Source: an uncultured Rikenellaceae bacterium
Lineage (GTDB): Bacteria; Bacteroidota; Bacteroidia; Bacteroidales; VadinHA17
Direction of reading: 5' to 3'
DNA length: 64,000 bases
Assembly (NCBI GenBank): GCA_964522415.1
Contig: CAZFVQ010000017.1
Span: forward strand, 4,723-68,722
In this document: positions 48,849-60,254 of the stretch, in pieces
Layout: the number at the start of each line of letters is the position of its first letter
Numbering within the stretch: position 1 is the stretch's first letter
Position numbers and translations under genes: made by a program
The notes under the pieces: model-generated
Databases searched by the model: none
What the model was told of the DNA's origin: nothing
The model's input: only the letters and a program-made list of their open reading frames with translations

Positions 48849-50411
48849 TTATTTAGCGTAGCTAACTGCACGTGTTTCCCTGATCACCGTAATTTTTATC
48901 TGTCCGGGATAGGTCATTTCATTCTGTATTTTTCTTGCGATATCGAATGAAAGGCCTTCGGCGTCCTTGTCTGATACATTTTCAGCACCGACAATTACAC
49001 GGAGTTCTCTTCCGGCCTGTATGGCATAAGTTTTCATAACTCCGGGATACTGCAATGCCAGGGATTCAAGTTCCTTGAGCCTCTTGATATATGATTCCAC
49101 CACTTCACGGCGGGCTCCCGGACGGGCACCGGAAATAGCATCACATACCTGTACCACAGGTGCTATAAGCGTTGTCATTTCAGTTTCATCGTGATGTGCA
49201 CCGATTGCATTGCATATTTCAGGTTTTTCCTTATACTTTTCAGCGATTTTCATTCCCAGTATTGCATGGGGTAGTTCAGGTTCATCATCAGGCACCTTAC
49301 CAATATCATGCAACAATCCGGCTCTTTTTGCCAGTTTGGGATTCAGTCCGAGTTCCGCAGCCATTATTGAAGCAAGATTGGCTACTTCCCGGGAATGCAT
49401 GAGCAGGTTCTGACCGTAGGAGGATCTGTATTTCATTTTTCCAATCAGTCGTATCAGTTCCGGATGAAGACCATGAATTCCAAGGTCTATTGTCGTTCGT
49501 TTTCCGGTTTCAAGGATCTCTTCCTCGATCTGTTTTCTGGTTTTTTCAACAATTTCCTCAATCCTTGCAGGATGAATCCTGCCATCGGTAACAAGCTGAT
49601 GCAATGCAAGCCTGGCTATTTCCCTCCTTACCGGATCAAATGCCGAAAGAACAATTGCCTCCGGTGTGTCATCAACAATTATCTCAACACCGGTTGCTGC
49701 CTCAAGAGCCCTGATATTTCGTCCCTCACGTCCTATTATACGACCTTTTATTTCATCCGAATCGATATGAAAGACAGTAACCGCATTTTCAATGGCATTT
49801 TCAGCAGCAACCCTCTGAATTGTCTGGATAATTATTCTTTTAGCTTCTTTGTTTGCCGTCATTTTTGCCTCATCAAGTATTTCATTGATATAGGACATTG
49901 CACCGGTCTTTGCCTCTTCCTTAAGGGATTCTATAAGATTTTCCCTTGCTTCCTCAGCAGATAATCCGCAAATGACTTCCAGTTTTTCCACCTGCTGGCG
50001 GTGTAGCTTCTCAAGCTCTTCATTCTTTTTATCAATTATTTCAAGCTGGGCATTAAGGTTCTCGCGAATCGCATCACCTTCATTCTTCCTGCGCTGTGCT
50101 TCTTCAATTTTCTGGGACAGTGTAAGTTCTTTCTGCCTTATTCTGTTTTCTGACTGAGCAATTCTGTTGTTTTTATCGTTTATTACTTTTTCGTGCTCGG
50201 TCTTAAGCTGAAGAAATCTTTCCTTTGCCTGAAGTATTTTTTCTTTTTTGATTACTTCTGCTTCTGATTCAGCTTCATTTATGATTTTCCGGCTTTTCTT
50301 ATTAAGAGCCGTATGCCAGGCAAGGAATCCTATCCCCAATCCTGTTACCAGTGCAGCAGCACACAATATGATAGTTAGCAAACTGCTGACCGTTGTGATT
50401 AATAATGTCAT
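48849..50411 (-). CDS. rny: Ribonuclease Y
   Basis: N-terminal TM and coiled coil, KH domain ([12 protein letters not shown]), HD domain (LHDIGK), [19 protein letters not shown]. Confidence 0.97.
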   Translation of the reverse strand: MTLLITTVSSLLTIILCAAALVTGLGIGFLAWHTALNKKSRKIINEAESEAEVIKKEKILQAKERFLQLKTEHEKVINDKNNRIAQSENRIRQKELTLSQKIEEAQRRKNEGDAIRENLNAQLEIIDKKNEELEKLHRQQVEKLEVICGLSAEEARENLIESLKEEAKTGAMSYINEILDEAKMTANKEAKRIIIQTIQRVAAENAIENAVTVFHIDSDEIKGRIIGREGRNIRALEAATGVEIIVDDTPEAIVLSAFDPVRREIARLALHQLVTDGRIHPARIEEIVEKTRKQIEEEILETGKRTTIDLGIHGLHPELIRLIGKMKYRSSYGQNLLMHSREVANLASIMAAELGLNPKLAKRAGLLHDIGKVPDDEPELPHAILGMKIAEKYKEKPEICNAIGAHHDETEMTTLIAPVVQVCDAISGARPGARREVVESYIKRLKELESLALQYPGVMKTYAIQAGRELRVIVGAENVSDKDAEGLSFDIARKIQNEMTYPGQIKITVIRETRAVSYAK

Positions 50412-50448
50412 GTTTTCTGTAATTGTGTTTATAGTCTATAATAAAAAA

Positions 50449-50640
50449 CCCGCAGAGTTCCCTCAGATTTTATAAAACCCCATGTCTACATGGTTGAAGT
50501 TCCTGTCCCGGGTCGGACTTCCATTGTCACACCGGAGTGTGATCCTGACGAATCAGGATAAGGCCTGTCCTTGCCAGATCAAGGTGGACTTCAAAGTTTT
50601 AACTGTTGAGTTCCAAAAATGATTGAAGAAACAATGCGGG
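50449..50640 (-). ncRNA. ssrS: 6S RNA-like structured RNA between zapA and rny
   Basis: About 190-nt segment whose ends pair (CCCGCA...TGCGGG), followed by a T-tract on the minus strand; the zapA-6S-rny synteny is established. Confidence 0.8.
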
Positions 50641-50668
50641 CAATTATTTGCTATTTTAAAGAACGCTG

Positions 50669-50962
50669 TTACTCTTTTTTTTCAAGAGCAGAATCAATCT
50701 TGTGAATCAGCTCCTGTATTGCTTCCGGGACATAATCACTTTCCAGCCTGTCTTCCTGTTCCGTGAGTTTAATCACATACTGCAAAGCTGCCATTGCCAG
50801 AAAATCCTGAACATCCTTGCCGGTGTAGCGTTGTTTATACTGCAACACCTTCTCATTAATCATCCTGGCAGCTTTTCTGATCTTTTCTTCATTTTCCCGT
50901 TCCACTTTCAACGGATAATATCTGTCGGCAACATTAACTCTGATCGATAGTTTATCATCCAT
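50669..50962 (-). CDS. zapA: Cell division protein ZapA
   Basis: VADRYYPL.V...EE.IRKAA..IN, DVQDFLAMAAL. Confidence 0.92.
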   Translation of the reverse strand: MDDKLSIRVNVADRYYPLKVERENEEKIRKAARMINEKVLQYKQRYTGKDVQDFLAMAALQYVIKLTEQEDRLESDYVPEAIQELIHKIDSALEKKE

Positions 50963-50971
50963 TGATATATT

Positions 50972-51265
50972 TTATCTGTTTAAAAGAGCAACACATCTGT
51001 CTATTTCCCGCACTAATTCTGTTATCTTTCTCTTCGCTTCTCCCGTGTTTCCACTATCGCCCAACAGTGCTCCTGATAATTTGATCCTTTCGTATTGAAT
51101 TTCAAGTTCCTTAATTCTTTCCTCACGTTCCTGAAGAACCATCCTTAATTCTTCATTGTTTTTTTCAAGATCCTGAAATACTGATTTAAGATTTTCATAA
51201 GTGCTTAACAGTTCATCCAGCTTTTTGTTCAAGCGTTTTAAATCTGAATAAACACTGTCGGACAT
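50972..51265 (-). CDS. Coiled-coil protein upstream of zapA (ZapB-like)
   Basis: Heptad coiled coil ending ITELVREIDRCVALLN; start chosen at ATG 51265. Confidence 0.75.
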   Translation of the reverse strand: MSDSVYSDLKRLNKKLDELLSTYENLKSVFQDLEKNNEELRMVLQEREERIKELEIQYERIKLSGALLGDSGNTGEAKRKITELVREIDRCVALLNR

Positions 51266-51387
51266 ATCAGAATCTTTAATACAAAAGTAATCATTGTTGA
51301 TCAATTTTTCAAAAATTTGATTCAAATAGTTTGCACAACTGTTCCGGATATATAGATTTGTAAATCATAAACGGAAAATGCAATACC

Positions 51388-53109
51388 ATGCCTGTTTTTA
51401 AAATTTTAGTGTTACTGCTGCTTCTTTTCGGTTTACCGGATGATTCACCGAAAGACAAAAATTTATTTATATCACCGGTCAGGATTCCGCTTTCATTATC
51501 AGCAAATTTTGCAGAACTCAGGGCAGATCATTTCCATTCCGGAATAGACATCAGGACCCAGGGTGTCATTGGCAAAGAAGTGGTTGCTGCAGCTGATGGA
51601 TATATTTACAGGATAAGCGTGGCGCCCGGCGGATTTGGCAAAGCCCTTTATCTGAGACATCCTTCAGGCTATTCAACCGTTTATGGGCACCTCGACCGTT
51701 TTGTGACTGAAGTGGAAGAATATGTAATTGATTATCAGTATCAGAAAAAAAGCTTTAACGTATCCCTGTTTCCGCCGAAAAATAAATTCTCATTCAGGCA
51801 GGGTGAGGTAATTGCCTGGTCAGGGAATACCGGAAGTTCAGGCGGCCCCCATCTTCATTATGAAATAAGAAAATCCGATTCAGAGATTCCGGTTAATCCC
51901 CTTTTTTTTGAATTTGGTGCAGGAGATGATATAGCTCCGATACTGGAAAGACTCGCCATCTATCCTCTTGGCAGTAACACACGCATCAACGGAGTGAAAG
52001 CGGTAAAGAAAATAAACCTGGCAGGCGGACACGGAAATTATTATATACCTTCTGAAAATGAAATTACAATTTCCGGACCTGCAGGATTTGGCATAAAATC
52101 CTACGATCTCCTGAATGACAGTTATAACAAGTGCGGAATCTACTCAACAGAACTGAAGATTGACGGTAAGACAATCTTCAGGAATATAATGGATGAATTT
52201 TCATTCAGTGAATCGAGATACATCAACAGCCATATTGATTATGAAACCTATATAAAAGAAAGTGCTCGTTTTGAAAGAACTTTTCTCCTGCCCAATAACC
52301 AGCTGAGCACATACAGGGATGTAGTTAACAGGGGAATTTACAATTTCAACGAAGACAAAATTTATCATGTTTCCCTTGAAATAAGGGATGTACATGACAA
52401 TTTATCTGTTCTGGCCTTTAAAGTAAAAGGCAGGCCCGTTGATGCCCGCGATGACAGTGGTTTATCCGAACCGGGACTTATTATGATGCCTTATAAGCGA
52501 TCTAACAGGTTCCGTGCAGGCAATATCGCTGTTTCCATCCCTGAAGGAGCTCTATATGACACTCTTATGTTCCGCTACAAAAAAGAGCCGCCTGGAAATG
52601 GAATGTTATCTGAACTTCATCATGTTCATGACAGATTTACTCCGCTTCACAAGTCCTATTCCCTTTCAATAAAACCCTTGTCAATACCTGCGGGAAAAGA
52701 ATCCAAGCTGCTGATAGTAAATCTCAGGGACAATAACACAAGAATTCCCTTGTCCGGCCGGCTTTCCGACGGATTCGTAAATGGACAGGCTTCAGTATTC
52801 GGAATGTTTTATATTGGCATAGATACAATTCCTCCGCTTGTTGCAGCCGTCGGTTTCAGCAATGGAGCCGATCTCTCCGGACGAAAGGAAATGAGAATAA
52901 GGATCACCGATAATCTGTCGGGAATAAAATCATATGAACCCTTTATTGACGGCAACTGGGCTTTATTCGAATATGATCAGAAAAACAGGGTTCTGATCTA
53001 CAAATTTGATCCCGGAAGAATAAGAAAGGGAACGAATCACACTCTTGTACTGAAAGTGACCGACAACAGGGACAATGTAAGCAATTTTACCGCTGACTTC
53101 CGATGGTAG
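51388..53109 (+). CDS. M23-family metallopeptidase
   Basis: HFHSGID (HxxxD), YGHL, GNTGSSGGPHLHYE (HxH); signal peptide. Confidence 0.92.
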   Translation: MPVFKILVLLLLLFGLPDDSPKDKNLFISPVRIPLSLSANFAELRADHFHSGIDIRTQGVIGKEVVAAADGYIYRISVAPGGFGKALYLRHPSGYSTVYGHLDRFVTEVEEYVIDYQYQKKSFNVSLFPPKNKFSFRQGEVIAWSGNTGSSGGPHLHYEIRKSDSEIPVNPLFFEFGAGDDIAPILERLAIYPLGSNTRINGVKAVKKINLAGGHGNYYIPSENEITISGPAGFGIKSYDLLNDSYNKCGIYSTELKIDGKTIFRNIMDEFSFSESRYINSHIDYETYIKESARFERTFLLPNNQLSTYRDVVNRGIYNFNEDKIYHVSLEIRDVHDNLSVLAFKVKGRPVDARDDSGLSEPGLIMMPYKRSNRFRAGNIAVSIPEGALYDTLMFRYKKEPPGNGMLSELHHVHDRFTPLHKSYSLSIKPLSIPAGKESKLLIVNLRDNNTRIPLSGRLSDGFVNGQASVFGMFYIGIDTIPPLVAAVGFSNGADLSGRKEMRIRITDNLSGIKSYEPFIDGNWALFEYDQKNRVLIYKFDPGRIRKGTNHTLVLKVTDNRDNVSNFTADFRW

Positions 53110-53171
53110 AAATTACCATTAACTGATCCGGCCCCAGAACAGGTAATCGGAAATCAGATCCGGTTATTTAT

Positions 53172-54074
53172 TTACTGATAAATTTTCTCCGGATATACTC
53201 CTTCCTGCACCATCTTCCTGATGTTTTCAACAACATAAGGTTTGTCTTCACGATAAGTGACACCAAACCATCTGTCATTACTCATCAGGACCTTTATACG
53301 GATATCTCCCTTTTTGATATACCTGTCGAGCGTATTTGGAATAAGCAGTTCGGACCTGGTTTCCATGCCATGTTCTTCAATAAAACTCCTGAAATCTTCC
53401 CTGAGTACATTAAAACACCCTGGTTTGAATCCAAACAGATTCATCGACACTATTTCGCTGCCGGTATAATGCTGTTCCCCCCCGTCAGGTGCAGGAGCTT
53501 TTGCGCCACTGGCCGTTTTTTCAATCTTCAGCACTTCGACAATATTCTCCAGAAGGCCGTTTGAGTCAACATTGCACACACCCCTGTTCACGTAGCCATG
53601 GTCGGACAGGGTATTTCCCAGTTTATATCCGACAATGCAATAAGTATCCGGTTCCTTGTCATTCACCAGAAAATCATGAAGGATTTTCAGGGAGTCATAT
53701 CCATAAAAATCATCCGCATTTATTATTCCAAACGGTTCCCGGACATTATTCTCAGCAACCAGTACTGCATGGCTGGTACCCCATGGTTTTACACGGTCGG
53801 GCGTTATTTTTGAACCCTCCGGAACATTTGTCAGTTCCTGGAAGACATAATCAAGTTCAATTTTGTTTTTTAGTTTTTCAAAAAATCTCTCCTTTACCTG
53901 GGCTTCCAGGTCACGCCGTATGATAAAGACTATCTTGCCAAAACCGGCCCGGATGGCATCATAAATTGAATAATCGATAATTGTTTCACCTGAGGGTCCG
54001 ACTTCATCAAGCTGTTTATTTCCGCCGTATCGGCTTCCCATTCCCGCTGCAAGAATTAAAAGTGTAGGCTTCAT
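53172..54074 (-). CDS. Sugar-phosphate nucleotidyltransferase family protein
   Basis: LAAGMGSRYGGNKQLD, KPWGTSHA, INADDFYG, WFGVTY..D. Confidence 0.88.
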   Translation of the reverse strand: MKPTLLILAAGMGSRYGGNKQLDEVGPSGETIIDYSIYDAIRAGFGKIVFIIRRDLEAQVKERFFEKLKNKIELDYVFQELTNVPEGSKITPDRVKPWGTSHAVLVAENNVREPFGIINADDFYGYDSLKILHDFLVNDKEPDTYCIVGYKLGNTLSDHGYVNRGVCNVDSNGLLENIVEVLKIEKTASGAKAPAPDGGEQHYTGSEIVSMNLFGFKPGCFNVLREDFRSFIEEHGMETRSELLIPNTLDRYIKKGDIRIKVLMSNDRWFGVTYREDKPYVVENIRKMVQEGVYPEKIYQ

Positions 54075-54147
54075 ATTTTAATGGATTTTGGTCTGTACAA
54101 TTATAAGTAAAAAAAATGTTATTTTTAACACTTTGAAAAAAAGTAAG

Positions 54148-54894
54148 ATGAATTATAAACTTGAAATTTGCGTTGACAGTGTTGAATCAGCAATCAATGC
54201 ACAGAAAGGCGGCGCAACCCGCGTGGAACTTTGCGACAATCTTCCCGAGGGGGGTACGACTCCCTCTTACGGCACCATACTAAACGCCCGGCAGAATCTT
54301 GATATCCTGCTTCATGTAATAATCAGGCCAAGAGGCGGTGATTTCCTGTACACCACCCGGGAATATGAAATAATGCTTCGGGATATTGAAATGTGCGGTG
54401 AGATCGGTGCAGACGGAATAGTAATCGGTCTTCTGAATGCTGACGGCACAATCGATGTGGAACGAACTCAGCAACTGGTAAAAGCTGCTGATACAATGGC
54501 TGTTACATTTCACAGGGCCTTTGATATGTGCTCAGATCCCCTTAAAGGGCTTGAAGATATTATTCTTACCGGTGCAACACGAATACTTACATCCGGTCAG
54601 AAGGATACAGTACCACTGGGATCGGAACTTATCAGCACTCTGGTGAAGCAGGCCGGAGAGAGAATTACAATAATGCCGGGCAGTGGTCTTAACGAGTCAA
54701 ATATTGCTGAGATGGCCAGGGTTACAGGAGCCAGGGAATTTCATCTGACAGGCCGGAAAATAGTAGAAAGCAGGATGAAATTCCGCCGTGAAGGAATACC
54801 CATGGGAGGCTTTCCGGATATACCGGAATTTTCAAGAAAAGTAGCTGATCCGGAAAGAATAAGAAAAATCATAAACATACTTAATTCCCTGTAA
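54148..54894 (+). CDS. cutC: Copper homeostasis protein CutC
   Basis: LEICVD, RVELC..L.EGGTTPS, IRPRGGDF, TFHRAFD, RILTSG; start chosen at ATG 54148. Confidence 0.93.
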   Translation: MNYKLEICVDSVESAINAQKGGATRVELCDNLPEGGTTPSYGTILNARQNLDILLHVIIRPRGGDFLYTTREYEIMLRDIEMCGEIGADGIVIGLLNADGTIDVERTQQLVKAADTMAVTFHRAFDMCSDPLKGLEDIILTGATRILTSGQKDTVPLGSELISTLVKQAGERITIMPGSGLNESNIAEMARVTGAREFHLTGRKIVESRMKFRREGIPMGGFPDIPEFSRKVADPERIRKIINILNSL

Positions 54895-54975
54895 ATCATT
54901 TTAAGATATTGCTCTGATGAAAATCAGCACGCTGTCTGTGATCTTTTATATATAAAACAAAAAATAAAATATAAT

Positions 54976-56697
54976 ATGAGAAAAATTATTGCAGTAGTTC
55001 TTTCAGTATTCTCAGGATTTCTATTGAGCCTGCATCCGGGCACTGCCTGTACAAATTTCATTGTAACAAAGGGAGCTTCGCAGAACGGGTCAGTGATGAT
55101 CACCTATTCGGCTGACTCACATGTTTTGTACGGTGAGCTGTATTACCGTCCGGCCAGGGATTATCCCACCGGGGCAATGATGGATGTTTATGAATGGGAT
55201 TCCGGCAGATTCCTGGGCAGGATAAGGCAGGTTCCCCATACATATTCAGTAGTAGGCAACATGAATGAATTTCAGCTTTCAATTGCTGAAACAACATTCG
55301 GAGGTATTGGATCATTATCTGATCCCGAAGGAATACTTGATTATGGAAGTCTTATTTACATTACGCTTCAGAGGGCCAAAAATGCAAGAGAAGCTATAAA
55401 AGTCATGTCGAAACTTCTCTCTGAATACGGATATGCCAGCTCCGGGGAATCATTTTCCATAGCCGACAAAAATGAAGCATGGATATTCGAGATGATCGGG
55501 AAAGGTCCCGGAAACAAGGGTGCTGTCTGGGTGGCCCGTCTTGTTCCCGACGGTTATATATGCGCGCATGCCAACCAGGCACGTATCCGGACATTTCCCC
55601 TTGCCACCGGAAAAAAGAACAGTGTATCAATCACTTCAAAGGACCTCAGCAGACTATACGATCCGCTTGTGGAATGTGTTTATGCATGGGATGTAATAGA
55701 AGTTGCAAGGGCAAAACAATTATATAGTGGTACTGACAAGGATTTCAGCTTTTCTGATATCTACAATCCGGTCGATTTTTCAGGTGCAAGGTTTTGTGAA
55801 ATGAGAGTCTGGGCATTTTTCAGGGCCCTCCACCATGACATGGATCGGTATGAGAATTATGCTGCCGGTCATGACCTTGATAACCGCATGCCTTTATGGA
55901 TCAAGCCAGAGCGTAAGATTTCCAATTATGATCTCATGAATTTCATGCGTGACCACCTTGAGGGAACACCTTTTGACATGAGAAAAGACATAGGTGCCGG
56001 TCCCTTCGGATCGCCTTACAGATGGCGCCCGCTGACATGGTCGGTATCCGGTGAACCGGATTCGCCATCCTATTGCAATGAAAGGGCAACAGCCACACAG
56101 CAGACAGGATTTGTGTTTGTCTCCGAAAGCCGCAACTGGCTCCCTGATCCCATAGGGGGAATTTTCTGGTTCGGGGTTGATGATGCATCAACAACCGTCT
56201 TTAATCCAATATACTGTAGTGTAACTGAAATTCCTGAATGCTTCAGGGTTGGCAACGGTAACCTGGTCACATACTCTCCGACCTCAGCCTTCTGGCTTTT
56301 CAATCTTGTGGCGAATATGTGCTATTCCAGGTATGACATGATGAGCGGGGATGCAATAAAGGTGCAGAAAAGACTGGAACTGGGATATATTGCTGAAACG
56401 GCAGAGACAGATGACAAAGCGGTAAAACTATATGAAAAGGATGTATGGGAAGCCCGGGATTACCTTACAGCATATTCCCTGAAAACTGCAAAAAACACAT
56501 TTGACGAATGGAAAACACTTAGTGAATATCTTCTTGTAAAATATATCGACGGAAATATCAGGACTGAGAAGAACGGAAAATTTGAAGTAAGTCCCGATAA
56601 TTATCCGGCAATGCCGGAACAACCCGGTTATCCTGATTCGTGGAGGAAGTCTGTCATCAGGGATACAGGTGACAAACTGCGTGTTCCGGAAGAATAA
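54976..56697 (+). CDS. C69-family dipeptidase (Ntn hydrolase)
   Basis: Signal peptide followed by CTN (N-terminal Cys nucleophile), GNMNE.QL.IAETTFGG, YGYASSGESF, AHANQ, YRWRP. Confidence 0.9.
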   Translation: MRKIIAVVLSVFSGFLLSLHPGTACTNFIVTKGASQNGSVMITYSADSHVLYGELYYRPARDYPTGAMMDVYEWDSGRFLGRIRQVPHTYSVVGNMNEFQLSIAETTFGGIGSLSDPEGILDYGSLIYITLQRAKNAREAIKVMSKLLSEYGYASSGESFSIADKNEAWIFEMIGKGPGNKGAVWVARLVPDGYICAHANQARIRTFPLATGKKNSVSITSKDLSRLYDPLVECVYAWDVIEVARAKQLYSGTDKDFSFSDIYNPVDFSGARFCEMRVWAFFRALHHDMDRYENYAAGHDLDNRMPLWIKPERKISNYDLMNFMRDHLEGTPFDMRKDIGAGPFGSPYRWRPLTWSVSGEPDSPSYCNERATATQQTGFVFVSESRNWLPDPIGGIFWFGVDDASTTVFNPIYCSVTEIPECFRVGNGNLVTYSPTSAFWLFNLVANMCYSRYDMMSGDAIKVQKRLELGYIAETAETDDKAVKLYEKDVWEARDYLTAYSLKTAKNTFDEWKTLSEYLLVKYIDGNIRTEKNGKFEVSPDNYPAMPEQPGYPDSWRKSVIRDTGDKLRVPEE

Positions 56698-56715
56698 AGA
56701 CAATGAATTTTGAAT

Positions 56716-56746
56716 TTTGAATTTTAAATTTGTTTTAATAGATTTG
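56716..56746 (+). promoter_or_regulatory. Bacteroidetes sigma-A-type promoter of rplS
   Basis: TTTG (56716-19), 19-nt spacer, TAGATTTG (56739-46). Confidence 0.65.
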
Positions 56747-56795
56747 CGGGCAATTTTCAGACCACCATTGTACAGAACACGAAATATATTTCGAG

Positions 56796-57143
56796 ATGAA
56801 TCTAATGAATGTTGTTGATAAAGAACTGGCGGTAAAGAATGACTTTCCGAAGTTCCAGGCAGGAGATACCATTACCGTGCACTATAAGATTATTGAGGGT
56901 AACAAGGAAAGAATCCAGCAATTCAGGGGGGTTGTCCTTCAAAGGGCAGGCAACGGACATACCGCTACCTTTACCGTAAGAAAAATGTCTGGCAACGTTG
57001 GTGTTGAAAGAATATTCCCTGTTTCATCCCCTTTCATCTCTAAGATAGAGATCAACAAGCATGGGAAAGTCCGCAGGGCAAGAATATTTTACTTTCGTGA
57101 CCTGACCGGTAAAAAGGCAAGGATTAAGGAAAGGAAATTCTGA
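56796..57143 (+). CDS. rplS: 50S ribosomal protein L19
   Basis: F.AGDT..VHYKI.EG.KERIQ.F.G, GVERIFP..SP, GKVRRA...[11 protein letters not shown]. Confidence 0.98.
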   Translation: MNLMNVVDKELAVKNDFPKFQAGDTITVHYKIIEGNKERIQQFRGVVLQRAGNGHTATFTVRKMSGNVGVERIFPVSSPFISKIEINKHGKVRRARIFYFRDLTGKKARIKERKF

Positions 57144-57197
57144 AAAGTACCTTCAAAAAAAGGATCTCCGGTCTTTCAGTTTTTAAATCAGATATCC

Positions 57198-60026
57198 TTA
57201 TATCCTATCCAGTAATTCCACTTTTCTGGCTTTGGCTTCCTCTGTTAGTTTTGTTGCCTGTTCATCAGCCTGCCGGATTAAAAGCTCAGCTTTTTTATCG
57301 GCTTCTGTTATGAGGGTTTCAGCAGCTTTCCGTGCAGCAAGTTTTGCCACGGCTCCCTTTGATGCAGCTTCATCAGTTAGTTTCTGTGCCTGAATACCGG
57401 CTTCCTTACGGATTGTCCCGGCAGATCTTGCAGCTTCTTCACGGAGTTGCTGAGCCTTGATTTCGGCTTCTCTGATAAGTCTGTCACCACGTTCCTCAGC
57501 CTCTTTCCTGAGTTTTTCCCTGCTTTCATCGACAGTTTTGGTCACGCTTTCCCTTACAGCATCAGTAGTTGCCGACTTCAGTCCCGAAGCACTTTCCTCC
57601 GATCCGCTTCCAAACACAGGAGTAACAAGCGGTTTCCCGAACATACCGCTAAGTCTGACATTTACCTTCATCACATCAGACGGCATTTTCAGTGCAAAGC
57701 CCAGAGTTGATGCCTGGGCTGACAATCCGTCAATGAATGAATTTACAGAACTACCCAGTTCCGACCTCGGAATTTCAGTTTTTATAAGGTAATTCATTGT
57801 CTGGTCAATTCCCTGATCCCCGCTGATATTCATTCTTACATTCCCTGCCTTTATATCAAAGGGATTTACATACACCCTGCCATTTCTGACAGTAAAGCTC
57901 AGGTTCAGATCCCTGAAAGTATTGGTATAATTTTCACCAAGCTTCAGAAACTCTTTCATCCTGTCATATGCAGCAGATTCAATCAGCGTAACCTGGTCAG
58001 ACTGTAATTTTCCTTCTCCCGTAATTGTACTCACCAGAGGCATGATATCTTTCCCCAGAAGACTTTCAAATGAAAGATTCAGATTCACTTTCCCGTCAAC
58101 TCCCTGTGCAGCAGGTGCAAACTTCTGAATAGTATTAAATGTCTCGAATCCGTCACGGATACCTATTTCTCTGATATTAAAGCCTGCCCTCATCAGGGGT
58201 CTGAGGGTATCACGCGTATCATAGTCGGCATTCATCGACACTTTGCCTCCCAGGATATCCATCTCTGTTTCCCTCATGCTCAAAACACCGTCTTTTACCA
58301 GGATATGTCCCCTGACATTATTTGCATGGATTTTTCCATAAGAAAAATTACTGATCAAAGCAATGAAATCGAAGTCGATGTTCCCGGGTATTTTAATTAG
58401 TGCAAGAGCGGTGGTGTCTTCAGTTTCCGGGATATTCCCGGCAATTTTTGACAAAATCTCTGATGCATCAATCAGTTTTGATGTAAGGTCAAGCCTTCCC
58501 TTTATTGTCTCATTCTTAAAAATGAACGGAATATAGTTTTCCAGTCTTCCACTGAATCTGAAATCGCTGTTCTTACCTATATTCAGGTCAGCATCCGAAA
58601 GTGCCGCATAAGCCGGTGTAAATTCAAACCCCGCATTGTTAACCCTGATTTCCGGATAGCCCGCCATTTCCACCTGCATATTTTTTATTGACAGGCTGCC
58701 GGAAGCCTTGAAGTTGTCATACTGCTTCCTGTCAATCATGGAAAGCTGCCCGGCCATCATTACTGACATATCGACAAGTCCTGAAAGATCCGTACTGTCC
58801 AGAGGAATCGCATCTGACAGGGCGTCAAGATCCAGTTTCCCGTTCACGGATAACCTGACATCAGGATCACTAACCGGGGTTTTCAGGGAAAATTCGAAAT
58901 CAAAGGGATTGCCTGCCAGCTCCATATGGAATTTATCGATATTCACCACACTATTGTCCAAATCATTCCCGTCAACAAAAGCTGCTGCCTGAAGATTGAT
59001 ATTGCTTATTTTTTCGGGAAGGGCCGGATAGCTCACAAGTCCGTCATTAACAACAAGGTTTAGAGCAATATCCGGCATTGTTGAATCAGCATCGCTGTAG
59101 ACTCCTGTGGCTGATCCTGAAAATGAAAAACTCCCTGCGGCATTCAAATCCCGGAAATCATTCATATAAACTGCAGGAACAAGAGACAGAAGTGTTTTGA
59201 ATGATGTCTGTTCAGATTTAAAAGTGAGATCGGTGGAAATATCATCTCCGGGCATTGCGACCCATCCGGAAAAACTGATTTTCAAATCATTTATTGTCAG
59301 ATGATTTTCGCGGAAAGTGAACTTATAATCATCGAGGTTTGCTAACAGGTCAAGATCACCCTTTGCCCCGGCCCGGTTGAGATATTTAATACCATCCATT
59401 ATAAAATTCACATCACCGGAAGCAAGTTTTATCTTCAGATCTGTTTCATTCGAAGTCATATCGCCCGAGAGTAAAAAATTCAGATCATTTATACTCGCTT
59501 TCATATCAAGTCCATGATCATTGTAAACAAGAGAACTGTTGACAGCCTTTACCCTTTTCAGAAGGATTTTCAAATCTGAAGATGTTGTATCAGTTGCTTC
59601 AGGTGAGCCTGATTCTGTATCCCCGAATATATCCCAGTTAAATGATCCGTCATCCAGGTAGGTAAGGTTAAGCAGAGCTTTGTCAAGAACAATTGATTTG
59701 ATCTCATATCCTGTTTTCCTGAACACACTTGGCAGATAAAAAACGAGATCCAGTGACCTGAAACCTGCCAGAGTATCATTTTCAAATTTCCCGATACCCA
59801 CCACTGATACATTATCCAGTCCCAATGCAAGATTCGGAAAGTTCCTGAAAAAATTCAGCTTGTAGTCATGAACATTAACTGTCGCATAGATGGATTCATT
59901 TATAATCTGTTCCACTTTTGCCTTTATCTCATCCCTGAAAATTACAGGCACGGTGACAAGCAGAATCAAAACAAGCAGGATCAGCCCTGACAAGGATAAT
60001 AATATGATTTTCAAAGGCTTTTTCAT
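57198..60026 (-). CDS. AsmA-family protein with an Ala/Glu/Lys-rich repetitive C-terminal helix
   Basis: N-terminal TM anchor, long beta-rich body with an internal duplication, AsmA-like C-terminal region, then EA..KA repeats. Confidence 0.8.
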   Translation of the reverse strand: MKKPLKIILLSLSGLILLVLILLVTVPVIFRDEIKAKVEQIINESIYATVNVHDYKLNFFRNFPNLALGLDNVSVVGIGKFENDTLAGFRSLDLVFYLPSVFRKTGYEIKSIVLDKALLNLTYLDDGSFNWDIFGDTESGSPEATDTTSSDLKILLKRVKAVNSSLVYNDHGLDMKASINDLNFLLSGDMTSNETDLKIKLASGDVNFIMDGIKYLNRAGAKGDLDLLANLDDYKFTFRENHLTINDLKISFSGWVAMPGDDISTDLTFKSEQTSFKTLLSLVPAVYMNDFRDLNAAGSFSFSGSATGVYSDADSTMPDIALNLVVNDGLVSYPALPEKISNINLQAAAFVDGNDLDNSVVNIDKFHMELAGNPFDFEFSLKTPVSDPDVRLSVNGKLDLDALSDAIPLDSTDLSGLVDMSVMMAGQLSMIDRKQYDNFKASGSLSIKNMQVEMAGYPEIRVNNAGFEFTPAYAALSDADLNIGKNSDFRFSGRLENYIPFIFKNETIKGRLDLTSKLIDASEILSKIAGNIPETEDTTALALIKIPGNIDFDFIALISNFSYGKIHANNVRGHILVKDGVLSMRETEMDILGGKVSMNADYDTRDTLRPLMRAGFNIREIGIRDGFETFNTIQKFAPAAQGVDGKVNLNLSFESLLGKDIMPLVSTITGEGKLQSDQVTLIESAAYDRMKEFLKLGENYTNTFRDLNLSFTVRNGRVYVNPFDIKAGNVRMNISGDQGIDQTMNYLIKTEIPRSELGSSVNSFIDGLSAQASTLGFALKMPSDVMKVNVRLSGMFGKPLVTPVFGSGSEESASGLKSATTDAVRESVTKTVDESREKLRKEAEERGDRLIREAEIKAQQLREEAARSAGTIRKEAGIQAQKLTDEAASKGAVAKLAARKAAETLITEADKKAELLIRQADEQATKLTEEAKARKVELLDRI

Positions 60027-60254
60027 CTGAATATGATTTTTGTTTTAACAGTATGACAACCGGCTCCCGCATAAGCGAAGAAACTGCATATGACCGGCAA
60101 TCCGGGATTAACAGAAGTAAAATTAGTGAAATTATTGAAACTTTGAAAGCTGAAAACCAGTGCTGTTCCGGCAATTTTTCCATTTTCCGGCCCCTGCCGT
60201 CTCATCCTGCTTTATTTTTCCAAATTTTATTATATTTGCAATCAGTTGAGAAAT

